This document shows, piece by piece, positions 49,398 to 58,268 of a stretch of DNA of 64,000 bases. The translations under genes and the position numbers were made by a program. The stretch spans positions 59,983-123,982 of the forward strand of contig JBIKUX010000003.1 of the NCBI GenBank assembly GCA_044347345.1, written 5' to 3'. Under the pieces are notes generated by a model that saw nothing but the letters and a program-made list of their open reading frames with translations, had not been told where the DNA came from and did no database searches. Origin of the DNA: Bdellovibrionota bacterium (GTDB taxonomy: Bacteria; Bdellovibrionota_C; UBA2361; JBIKUX01). Within the stretch, counting starts at the first letter, position 1, and every line of letters starts with the position of its first letter.

Positions 49398-50046
49398 GTT
49401 TCCGTGACTCCAAAAAACACTGAACTATATTTGTTTGTGTTCTCTCTGCTTGCTTGAGCTTCGCAACGCTAACATGGCCTATGAGAATAGCATCCACAAT
49501 ATCTTGATGCTTCTTTAGCTCTAAGTTTGTTGCCGGAAGTCCTATTGCCAACAGGTCGCTACCATACAGATTAGAAACTACCGTTCTAGCTGTTTCTTTG
49601 ACGATGTTACGAGACAGTTGAGCACCTCGCATCTTAAGCACTTCACTGTGTACTGTTCTTGGGTTTATTCTCCCTGGCACTAATATTTTACGGGTTCTTG
49701 CCGTTGTTTCAAAAATACATCTTACTTGCTCTACCTTGAGTGCGGCTTTAGGGTCTCGCATGGTGGTGGGAGCCTCGCATATTAAAATATCGGTTGACCC
49801 CAGAGATAATGCTTCATAAAGTCTGTAAAGTCTTTCTTGAAGGTCTGCAAGGCGATGAACTAAAGCATATTTTGGTGGAAGTGAGCGTACCTTACCTGTT
49901 CCAATCAACCGTTCAGATTTAAGCTCTAGTAGCGCCCAGCCAGAACACGTAAGGCTCGGGTCGACAGCAATTAGTCGTGAATATGTTGAATTTCTGGATG
50001 GTTGAGATAATGCTTTTTCTACGACGATTTTATTTTGTTTAATCAT
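49390..50046 (-). CDS. RuvC-like (RNase H fold) nuclease
   Basis: IAVDPSLTCSGWA, ICE, DIVDAILIG give the D/E/DxxD acidic set of RuvC. Confidence 0.75.
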   Translation of the reverse strand: MIKQNKIVVEKALSQPSRNSTYSRLIAVDPSLTCSGWALLELKSERLIGTGKVRSLPPKYALVHRLADLQERLYRLYEALSLGSTDILICEAPTTMRDPKAALKVEQVRCIFETTARTRKILVPGRINPRTVHSEVLKMRGAQLSRNIVKETARTVVSNLYGSDLLAIGLPATNLELKKHQDIVDAILIGHVSVAKLKQAERTQTNIVQCFLESRKRV

Positions 50047-50209
50047 CGATTGCTTCCTGAACGGTCAAGCTGTAAACCTACCTTAATTTTAGTAGAATCG
50101 CACTAGACTTTTTATTGTGTCTGCTAAAAGACTGTAAGTTGAAGTTTTTGCAAAAATCTACTTAAACTTACATTCGAAAAAACTTAGTACATATGACTTG
50201 GGAGCCCTA

Positions 50210-51160
50210 ATGGATCTCGACCTTCTTGGTGACCTTTATCGCAGTATGTTGCGCATTCGTCGATTTGAAGAAGAAGCTGCACGTCTTTATACAGAGAGAA
50301 AAATCGGAGGTTTCCTCCATCTATATATCGGGCAGGAGGCAGTTGCTGTTGGTGCCGCCTCAGTTTTAGAACCTTCGGATTCAGTAATTACCGCATATAG
50401 GTGTCACGGTCATTACTTGGCAAAGGGTGGCAGTGCTCGTGCTGGAATGGCTGAATTGCTTGGAAAAGAAACCGGTTGTGCTCGAGGGCGCGGAGGCTCC
50501 ATGCATTTTTTTGATATACCACGAAAATTCTATGGTGGTTGGGGGATCGTAGGAGCTCATGTACCGGTAGCAGCGGGTCTGGCGTTTGCGGAAAAATATA
50601 AAAAACAGTCAGGAGTTGTAGTCTGTTTTTTGGGCGACGGTGGTATAAACATTGGACCTTTCCATGAAGGCTTGTCTCTTGCTGCCTTGTGGAGTTTGCC
50701 TGTTGTCTTTGTAATTGAGAATAATTACTTCGCAATGGGAACGCCCCTCGAAAAAACCTCAGCAGTCGATGACTTGTCGATTCGTGCTCTAGGTTACCCA
50801 ATGGCTCGTTCAACAATTGACGGGCACGATGTTTTTGCGGTTCGAGAGGGAATATTTCACGCTGTAAGACGAGCCAGAGAGCAATCACTCCCCACTCTAA
50901 TAGAAGCGAAAACCTATAGATATAGGGGGCACTCTATGGCTGATCCAGCTAAATATAGAACTAAAGAAAAACTTGACGAATGGAGAGCGCGAGATCCTAT
51001 ATCAACTATAGCTCAGAAGTTAGAATCGCTTGGTGCTAGTGAAATGCTGGGACGTATTGAACGCGAGATTGAAGAAGAAATTACCGACGCTACGCGTTTT
51101 GCTGAAAGTTCTCCTTGGCCTGTTGCAGACTCCGCAATGAACTACATTTATGCTGACTAA
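50210..51160 (+). CDS. pdhA: Pyruvate dehydrogenase E1 alpha subunit
   Basis: GFLHLYIGQEA, GRGGSMH, GDG..N TPP motif, YRYRGHSMADP. Confidence 0.96.
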   Translation: MDLDLLGDLYRSMLRIRRFEEEAARLYTERKIGGFLHLYIGQEAVAVGAASVLEPSDSVITAYRCHGHYLAKGGSARAGMAELLGKETGCARGRGGSMHFFDIPRKFYGGWGIVGAHVPVAAGLAFAEKYKKQSGVVVCFLGDGGINIGPFHEGLSLAALWSLPVVFVIENNYFAMGTPLEKTSAVDDLSIRALGYPMARSTIDGHDVFAVREGIFHAVRRAREQSLPTLIEAKTYRYRGHSMADPAKYRTKEKLDEWRARDPISTIAQKLESLGASEMLGRIEREIEEEITDATRFAESSPWPVADSAMNYIYAD

Positions 51161-51261
51161 GTGACCTAAGCCAGGTCTACTCATACGATTAGAAGTGTTA
51201 ATATTATTCTAAGTTAATCTATTTCAGTTAAGAAAAGTATCAGGAACCAATTAGAGGACAG

Positions 51262-52275
51262 ATGGATTCAGAAGCAAACACAAACCGTGAGCCCTTAGCT
51301 GTTCGGGAAATTCCAATACGTGACGCTCTTCGAGAGGCAATGACAGAGGAAATGGCTCGCGATGAAAGAGTATTTTTAATAGGGGAAGAAGTTGGTGGTT
51401 ATGATGGGGCATATAAATGCTCTCGGGGTATGCAAGGTCTGTTTGGGCCTGAGCGCGTGATTGATGCCCCAATTGCCGAAAACGGTTTTGCTGGAATAGG
51501 TATAGGAGCTGCTATGTCAGGCCTTCGGCCTATAGTTGAATTTATGACATTTAATTTCTCCCTGATTGCTATTGATCAGATACTTAATACGGCAGCAAAG
51601 GCACGTTTGATGTCCGCCGGAGCAATTGAATGTCCGATAGTTTTCCGTGGAGCAGGAGGAGCTGCTTATCAATTGGGCGCACAACATGCAAACTCTTTTG
51701 AGCACTTTTATGCTTATACACCAGGATTAGTGGTTGTAGCACCTGCTACGCCATATGATATGAAAGGTCTACTTAAATCTTCCATTCGAAATGATAATCC
51801 AGTGTGTTTCTTTGAGTCCGAGCTAACTTATGGTTTAAAGGGTCCTGTTCCCGAAGGGGAGTATTTAATACCTATTGGTAAGGCTGACATTAAAAGAGTC
51901 GGTACTGATGTTACCCTAATATCTTGGTCAAAAAACGTGTTTTTAACCCTTGATGCCGCAGATGTTTTAGCTGAGCAAGGTATATCTGCGGAGGTAATTG
52001 ATTTACGTACTTTACGCCCACTTGATAAGGAGAGTATTTTTAATTCAGTTGCTAAAACTAATCGCGTTGTGATAGTGCAAGAGCAACATTCAGTTGCCAG
52101 TTACGGAGCTTATCTCAGTCATCTAATTCAAAGTGAAATTTTTGATGAGCTTGATGCTCCCATAGGATTAATTTCAACTCATGAAACTCCGATGCCTTAC
52201 TCTAAGGCACTTGAGGGCGTCGTAATGCCCAGTGTTGAAGAAGTTGTAAAGCTTGTTAATCGCACTCTAAGTTAA
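51262..52275 (+). CDS. pdhB: Pyruvate dehydrogenase E1 beta subunit
   Basis: GEEVG.YDGAYK, PIAE.GF.G, EFMTFNF, AQH, IDLRTLRPLD. Confidence 0.96.
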   Translation: MDSEANTNREPLAVREIPIRDALREAMTEEMARDERVFLIGEEVGGYDGAYKCSRGMQGLFGPERVIDAPIAENGFAGIGIGAAMSGLRPIVEFMTFNFSLIAIDQILNTAAKARLMSAGAIECPIVFRGAGGAAYQLGAQHANSFEHFYAYTPGLVVVAPATPYDMKGLLKSSIRNDNPVCFFESELTYGLKGPVPEGEYLIPIGKADIKRVGTDVTLISWSKNVFLTLDAADVLAEQGISAEVIDLRTLRPLDKESIFNSVAKTNRVVIVQEQHSVASYGAYLSHLIQSEIFDELDAPIGLISTHETPMPYSKALEGVVMPSVEEVVKLVNRTLS

Positions 52276-52306
52276 AAATTCAGTGGGAGAAAAGTCTTTG
52301 TAAAGG

Positions 52307-53137
52307 TTACGCCGCTTGTTTATCTTTAGTTACTTTTCTAGTTGAGAAGGAAGATTTTTTAGCCTTCTTATCTGTATTGCAAGCACTAATAAAGGCTTCA
52401 AAGACTCGACGCCATCTTGGTTCACTTTTTTGCCACAATGTTTCAGGGTGGCATTGTAGGCCTATCATAAAACCATCATAGTCTGGAGGGGATGCCTCTA
52501 CTGCCTCAATTACCCCTTCCGGTGAAGAAGCTACTACTTGAAGGGGATGTGCAACATCCTTTAAAGCTTGATGGTGATTCGAATTAACCGAAACAGTTTC
52601 TGTCCCTATGAGGGAATGTAATAGTGAACCAGGCTTTATGGAAATTGAATGTACCAATAGCTCCAAAGAATGTGCCTCATTTTTTAGAATATTGTGGTTA
52701 ACGCGAAATGTACTGGGTATATCTTGATGAAGGGTTCCGCCAAGTCCGATATTCATGATTTGGCATCCCCTACATGCTCCAAGTAGTGGTTTTTTATCAG
52801 CAAAAGCCCAGCGGAATAAGGCAAGTTCAACTTTATCTTGTCGTGGATTAATAGCCCAACTGGTTTTTAGGGGTACTTCTCCGTACTCACTTGGACAAAC
52901 GTCTCCTCCGCCACAAAAAAAAATCCCGTCACATAAGTTGTAAAGTGACCTAGTAACAGACATATCCTCGGTTAATGGAATAAGAAGAGGGGCTCCGCCC
53001 ATAGCAACTATTGAATTAACATAGGAGTCTCTGCTCGCATGAAATGGCCGAAATTCAATCCTTTCTGCCGGTAAAGAGCGACATGGCAGACCGATAATTG
53101 GCAAATTTTTTTCCTTCATGGTCAAAATTAAACTCAT
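52307..53137 (-). CDS. Peptidase C26 / gamma-glutamyl-gamma-aminobutyrate hydrolase (PuuD-like)
   Basis: GGGDV.P..YG, GACRGCQ, VNSNHHQA, QCHPE. Confidence 0.9.
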   Translation of the reverse strand: MSLILTMKEKNLPIIGLPCRSLPAERIEFRPFHASRDSYVNSIVAMGGAPLLIPLTEDMSVTRSLYNLCDGIFFCGGGDVCPSEYGEVPLKTSWAINPRQDKVELALFRWAFADKKPLLGACRGCQIMNIGLGGTLHQDIPSTFRVNHNILKNEAHSLELLVHSISIKPGSLLHSLIGTETVSVNSNHHQALKDVAHPLQVVASSPEGVIEAVEASPPDYDGFMIGLQCHPETLWQKSEPRWRRVFEAFISACNTDKKAKKSSFSTRKVTKDKQAA

Positions 53138-53220
53138 CCTTATCTAATTCTCACAAAAACTTTACCATATATAATTATGGTAATTATGGTGGAGACGAAA
53201 CCACAGTTAGTTAGATAATT

Positions 53221-54510
53221 TTAACAGTAAAGACCTTTAATCAAAAAACTTAAGCGTTTTATACCTTCAACGAGCTCCTCATTAGAAGCTGTAAGGCTTA
53301 TGCGAAAGCACTCTGACGCGTGTTGCCAATGATTATTTAGACCAGGGAAAAATGCTGAACCAGGTACTATGAGTACCCCATACTCTTTGCCCTTTTCATA
53401 TAATTCCCTATCACTTATTGGTAAATCTTTACACCATATCCATGCAAATAAACCACCATCACCTTGGTGAAGATACCAAGGGAAAAGATTTTGGAAGTAC
53501 GAATCGAGTAGTTCGTCGATGAGTGCTATTTTTCGAGCATAAAACGGCCGAACTACGTTATGAGCCAGTTCGGCCAAAAGTCCACTTTTAATGGCCAGAG
53601 CTGCAATAGCTTGGCCAAATCTTGAAGAATGTATACATGCGTTGGTTTGAAATGCTTCCAATACTTCAATTGTTTGCGGGTCGCCAATAGCTACTCCCAC
53701 CCTTTCTCCAGGCAGCCCTACTTTTGATAGACTCATGCAATGAACAACTCCATTACCGCAATTAATTGACATAGGGACGTTGTTTAATGCCGGATAAGGA
53801 GGCGCGTAGGCGGAGTCAATAAAAACGGGGATGTGATATTCTCGGCAAGCAGAAACGATAATGTCTACCTCCCTATCAGTAAGAATATTTCCGCAAGGAT
53901 TGTTAGGCCGAGAAAATACAACTCCTCCTACTTTCGGCCCAATTCCTGTTTCTTCGTTGAGCACTCGCTCTTTTGATAACATGTACTTAAAACGGCGAGA
54001 GCTTTCAAAGATAGCGAGATCAGGTCTAATACTGTAGACACACTCAGGATTCAGGTGTACTCCGCCGTACCCTGTGTAATCAGGGCACAAGGGGAGAAGG
54101 AATCTTTTGTTTTCACCATTGGTAAAAGGACCAGAAAAGGCATTCGCGGCAAAAAAGAATACAGATTGGCTTCCTGGAGTTACTAAGCAGTTACGTTCAG
54201 TTATATTGAGATTGTACCTCTTGTTTAGATCTTCAACTACTGCTTCGATGAAGGGCTCGTAACCTTGACTGGCCCCGTACTTGCCCACAATAGAGTCGAA
54301 ATCTTGCTTATCAAGTAATTCTCGAGTGCAATCGCGCCAAGCTAAAGCAACTTCAGGAATAATCGCCGGATTTCCAGGACTTAGGTTGATAAAAGATTTT
54401 TTAGAGTTTGCAAGGGTCGAAATTATATCTTTCATAATTGCGCGCACACCAGTGCGTTTCGCCATTATTCGACCAGTTTTACTCACATTTTCAAAATCAT
54501 CGAGCGACAT
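53221..54510 (-). CDS. avtA: Valine--pyruvate transaminase
   Basis: TGVRAIMKDI, SRPNNP.GN, IDSAY, SLSKVGLPGERVG, C.RIS; directly after leuB. Confidence 0.88.
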   Translation of the reverse strand: MSLDDFENVSKTGRIMAKRTGVRAIMKDIISTLANSKKSFINLSPGNPAIIPEVALAWRDCTRELLDKQDFDSIVGKYGASQGYEPFIEAVVEDLNKRYNLNITERNCLVTPGSQSVFFFAANAFSGPFTNGENKRFLLPLCPDYTGYGGVHLNPECVYSIRPDLAIFESSRRFKYMLSKERVLNEETGIGPKVGGVVFSRPNNPCGNILTDREVDIIVSACREYHIPVFIDSAYAPPYPALNNVPMSINCGNGVVHCMSLSKVGLPGERVGVAIGDPQTIEVLEAFQTNACIHSSRFGQAIAALAIKSGLLAELAHNVVRPFYARKIALIDELLDSYFQNLFPWYLHQGDGGLFAWIWCKDLPISDRELYEKGKEYGVLIVPGSAFFPGLNNHWQHASECFRISLTASNEELVEGIKRLSFLIKGLYC

Positions 54511-54531
54511 TGGTGGCTAGCTCCTAAAAAA

Positions 54532-55608
54532 CTAGAGAAAAGAGATTATCTCATCAGTCACTTTTTTTGTCGTACAACCTTCACTACGGCGGTTGTGTGG
54601 TAATAAATCTGGAGTAACGTTATGAGATTGAATGGTTTTAGCCACAGCGCTCTCTATCATCTCAGCTTCATGATGTAGCTGAAAAGAGTGGCGTAAAAGT
54701 AGTGCAGCAGATAAAATTTGAGCTATAGGATTAGCTATTCCCTGTCCGACGATATCAGGAGCTGACCCTCCAGATGGTTCGTACATACCAAACCCATCTT
54801 TGTTGAGGGAAGCTGAAGGTGTTACCCCGAGTGAGCCAGGCAAAACAGCACCGATGTCAGATAAGATATCACCAAACATATTAGTTGTAACAATTACATC
54901 AAACGCTGAAGGTTCTCTCACAATTTGCATGGCGCAGTTGTCAACTAACATTTCCTCTAGCGTTACATCTGGGTAATTTCTAGCTGTTTCCCGAACAACG
55001 TCACGCCATAATTGAGAGGTTGCCAGTACGTTTGCTTTGTGAACTGAGCAGACTTTTTTCCGCCGTTTAAGCGCGGCATTGAAGGCAACTTCAGCGATTG
55101 ATTTAATCTGGTCTTCAGTATATTCAGCAACATCTGAGGCTTTACGGTAACCAATATCTCCACTACGGTGGTGGTCGCCGAAATAACAATCACCTAAAAG
55201 TTCCCTAACAATTAGTAGATCAACTCCCTTTTCGAGAACGCTTTCCTTTAGGGGAGATAATGGAAAAAGAGCAGGCCAAACTGTTATCGGACGAAGATTA
55301 GCATGAAATTTGAATGCTTTTCTCAAAGAAAGAAGTGAATTAGATTCACAGCCCTGCCATTTTGGCAGATGTTGTTCGCTTAGAGGGCCACCAACACTAC
55401 CAAATAAAATAGCATCACTATTTTTACACAGGGTGAGTGTTTCTTCTGGAAAGTGTTTGCCGCATTTTTCGTAAGCAGCACCACCTATTAAACCCGCTTC
55501 AAAGCACCAATCTTTTTCTGGTAGCACTGTTTTTAATACTCTCAATGCTTCGCTCATGACTTCAGGTCCAATGCCGTCACCAGCTAAAACTGCAATTTTT
55601 TTTACCAT
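54532..55608 (-). CDS. leuB: 3-isopropylmalate dehydrogenase
   Basis: GDGIGPEV, ANLRP, VRELLG, KANVL, NMFGDILSD, YEPSGGSAPDI. Confidence 0.97.
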   Translation of the reverse strand: MVKKIAVLAGDGIGPEVMSEALRVLKTVLPEKDWCFEAGLIGGAAYEKCGKHFPEETLTLCKNSDAILFGSVGGPLSEQHLPKWQGCESNSLLSLRKAFKFHANLRPITVWPALFPLSPLKESVLEKGVDLLIVRELLGDCYFGDHHRSGDIGYRKASDVAEYTEDQIKSIAEVAFNAALKRRKKVCSVHKANVLATSQLWRDVVRETARNYPDVTLEEMLVDNCAMQIVREPSAFDVIVTTNMFGDILSDIGAVLPGSLGVTPSASLNKDGFGMYEPSGGSAPDIVGQGIANPIAQILSAALLLRHSFQLHHEAEMIESAVAKTIQSHNVTPDLLPHNRRSEGCTTKKVTDEIISFL

Positions 55609-55798
55609 AACTTCTGCTTAAATATTCTTCTTTTCTGGACTTTACCGTAAATATTATTGAATTAAACCCACTTTAGGGATTATTCTTCCATAACCCAACC
55701 AACGTGGAAAAGTTTTCTTTTCATCGTCAGTTGTTGCGTTGATAGTTAAGTCTTTACACTCATCAGCCTAGGCTAATCTTAAGTGCCAGAATAAAAAT

Positions 55799-57565
55799 AT
55801 GAACAGTACTAATCAAACAAAAACTGTTACTGCAAAAACTGTTACTGGAGCAGCTGCACTAATGCAGGCGCTTTTGTGTGAGGGAGTGGATACCATTTTT
55901 GGTTATCCAGGTGGTGCGATAATGCCAGTTTATGATGCTTTGTATGATTACAAGGATCGTCTCAGACATATTCTCGTGAGACATGAACAGGGTGCAGCCC
56001 ATGCCGCGGAAGGATACGCACGAATTACTGGAAAGCCTGGAGTATGTATGGCTACTTCTGGTCCAGGAGCCACCAATCTTGTAACAGGAATTGCTGATGC
56101 AATGATGGATTCAGTTCCTCTGGTCTGCATTACTGGCCAAGTTCATCGTAATGCGCTTGGTACAGATGCATTTCAGGAGACTGACGTTATTGGCATAACT
56201 ATCCCGATAACTAAATGGAATTTTCAGATAACCGAAGCAAGTGAGATACCGGTAATAATTGCTAAAGCCTTTGCAATAGCAAACAGTGGCCGCCCAGGGC
56301 CTGTAGTTGTAGATATAACCAAGAATGCTCAGATAGACTCTTTTGAATGGGATGAGCAGCTGGAATCACAAGTTAAAGAAGTTCGCAATCAGACTTTACA
56401 AGGCCAATCGTTGCCTCAGCTACAAGAAACCGAATTACGCCGAGCTGCGAATATAATTAACGGTGCCAAACGTCCACTAATGTTAGCTGGGCACGGTGTA
56501 TTAATATCGAGAGCTTGTTCGGCAGTAAGAGCCTTAGCTGAAAAAGCTGATATACCAGTTGCGCTTACTCTTCATGGATTGTCTGCTTTTCCGACTGGTC
56601 ATAAGAACTATGTTGGTATGCTTGGAATGCATGGAAATTATGGGCCTAATATTCTTACTAATAAGGCTGATGTGATTATTGCTGTAGGTATGCGGTTTGA
56701 TGACCGCGTAACTGGTGACACTAAGTCCTACGCCAGAAGCGCGCGTATAATTCATATAGAGGTCGATCCAGCCGAGATAGGCAAGGTAGTTCCGACGGAA
56801 GTGGGACTACCAGGTGATGCAAGGGATACTCTCGAGCGACTTTTGCCCTTTGTTGAAGCGAGAAATCATACTGAGTGGTTAGGTGAATTTACGAAATGTG
56901 CAGTCCAAGAGGAGGAGCAGGTAATAGTTAAGGCTACTAAGCCAAAGCAGGGACCACTTAAAATGAGCGAGGTAGTTTACGAGCTCTCTGTTATCACTAG
57001 AGGTCAAGCTGTGGTAGTAGCGGATGTAGGTCAGCATCAAATGATGGCAGCTCGTTATTACTCGTTCGCTCATCATGATAGTTGGGTGACGTCAGGAGGT
57101 CTTGGAACCATGGGATTTGCTCTTCCTGCCGCCATGGGGGTGCAAGTTGGTCTCAGTAAGAAAGGAATTAAGGACATAAGCAGTAGGCCAGTTGTCATCA
57201 TTGCTGGTGACGGCGGATTTCAGATGAACTCGCAGGAGCTTATGACAATAGCTCAAGAAAGGTTGCCTGTTAAAATGATCATCTTGAATAATAACTTTCT
57301 TGGGATGGTTAGGCAGTGGCAAGAGCTATTCTTTGATAACCGTTACTCCTCAGTAGATATGCAGAATCCAGATTTTGTAAAGCTTGGTGAAGCTTACGGC
57401 ATTACCTCCAGTCGCGTTTCTGAACGAGCTGATTTAGGTATTCAAATACAGCGCATGCTTGATCATAAGGGACCATTCTTGCTGGAAGTGTGTGTAGAAA
57501 CTGAGCAAAACGTGTTTCCGATGGTGCCAGCGGGAGCTAGTGTTTCAGATATTCGGCTTGAATAA
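55799..57565 (+). CDS. ilvB: Acetolactate synthase large subunit
   Basis: FGYPGGA, RHEQGA, TSGPGATN, GMLGMHG, RFDDRVTG, GDGGF TPP motif, MVRQWQ. Confidence 0.97.
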   Translation: MNSTNQTKTVTAKTVTGAAALMQALLCEGVDTIFGYPGGAIMPVYDALYDYKDRLRHILVRHEQGAAHAAEGYARITGKPGVCMATSGPGATNLVTGIADAMMDSVPLVCITGQVHRNALGTDAFQETDVIGITIPITKWNFQITEASEIPVIIAKAFAIANSGRPGPVVVDITKNAQIDSFEWDEQLESQVKEVRNQTLQGQSLPQLQETELRRAANIINGAKRPLMLAGHGVLISRACSAVRALAEKADIPVALTLHGLSAFPTGHKNYVGMLGMHGNYGPNILTNKADVIIAVGMRFDDRVTGDTKSYARSARIIHIEVDPAEIGKVVPTEVGLPGDARDTLERLLPFVEARNHTEWLGEFTKCAVQEEEQVIVKATKPKQGPLKMSEVVYELSVITRGQAVVVADVGQHQMMAARYYSFAHHDSWVTSGGLGTMGFALPAAMGVQVGLSKKGIKDISSRPVVIIAGDGGFQMNSQELMTIAQERLPVKMIILNNNFLGMVRQWQELFFDNRYSSVDMQNPDFVKLGEAYGITSSRVSERADLGIQIQRMLDHKGPFLLEVCVETEQNVFPMVPAGASVSDIRLE

Positions 57566-57592
57566 AGATTAAGATGAGGAGTCAAAACGAAT

Positions 57593-58162
57593 ATGAAACA
57601 GATATTTACTATCACTGCTGATACTGAGAACCATGCTGGTGTTCTTCATAGACTGACTTCAGTTTTTACCAGAAGAAAAGTTAATATTGAAAGCTTATGT
57701 GTCTCTGAGACTCATGTAGACGGCATCTCTCGATTTACGATAAGCGTGAAATTAGAGGAAGTACAGGTTCAGAAGATCATAGCTCAGATAGCTCGCATAA
57801 TTGAAGTTAAATATGTAGCTTATTATACAGATAATCAACTTTTATTTAAGGAATTAGCTTTTTTGAAAATCGCGGTATCTAGTATTGAAGAACGCCGTAG
57901 TGTAGAAGATGTAGCTAGGCGTTATAATTCAAGCGTAGCTTTGGTAGATGATCGAACTATAGTGCTTGAAAAAATAGGTTCTGAGGCTGATATCTCCTCG
58001 CTTTATCATCTGTTATCCGAATACCGCATACTTGAGTTTGTGAGATCTGGCCGTATTGCAGTAACTCGCTTAAGTGATGTGACTCGCTTTAGTGAGGATT
58101 CCGATGATCGCTCCAGCAAGGCGCGAATGGTTATTCTCTCTACTCCGCCAGTAGTTTCTTAG
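57593..58162 (+). CDS. ilvN: Acetolactate synthase small regulatory subunit
   Basis: ENHAGVLHR...F.RR.VNIESL ACT domain, EFVRSGRIA. Confidence 0.94.
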   Translation: MKQIFTITADTENHAGVLHRLTSVFTRRKVNIESLCVSETHVDGISRFTISVKLEEVQVQKIIAQIARIIEVKYVAYYTDNQLLFKELAFLKIAVSSIEERRSVEDVARRYNSSVALVDDRTIVLEKIGSEADISSLYHLLSEYRILEFVRSGRIAVTRLSDVTRFSEDSDDRSSKARMVILSTPPVVS

Positions 58163-58268
58163 AGTCAACATACTTGTGCTATGGGTCATGGTGATGGAGT
58201 AACTCTCAGCAAGTAGTATAAAATTTCCACTAAAAATTAGCTCAGTTTAAACGTGTGTAGGAGCCCTA

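Noticed and set aside
49390-50046. TnpB/Cas12-like RNA-guided nuclease
   Set aside because: Only 218 aa, RuvC motifs contiguous from the N-terminus, no zinc finger, no array or IS ends
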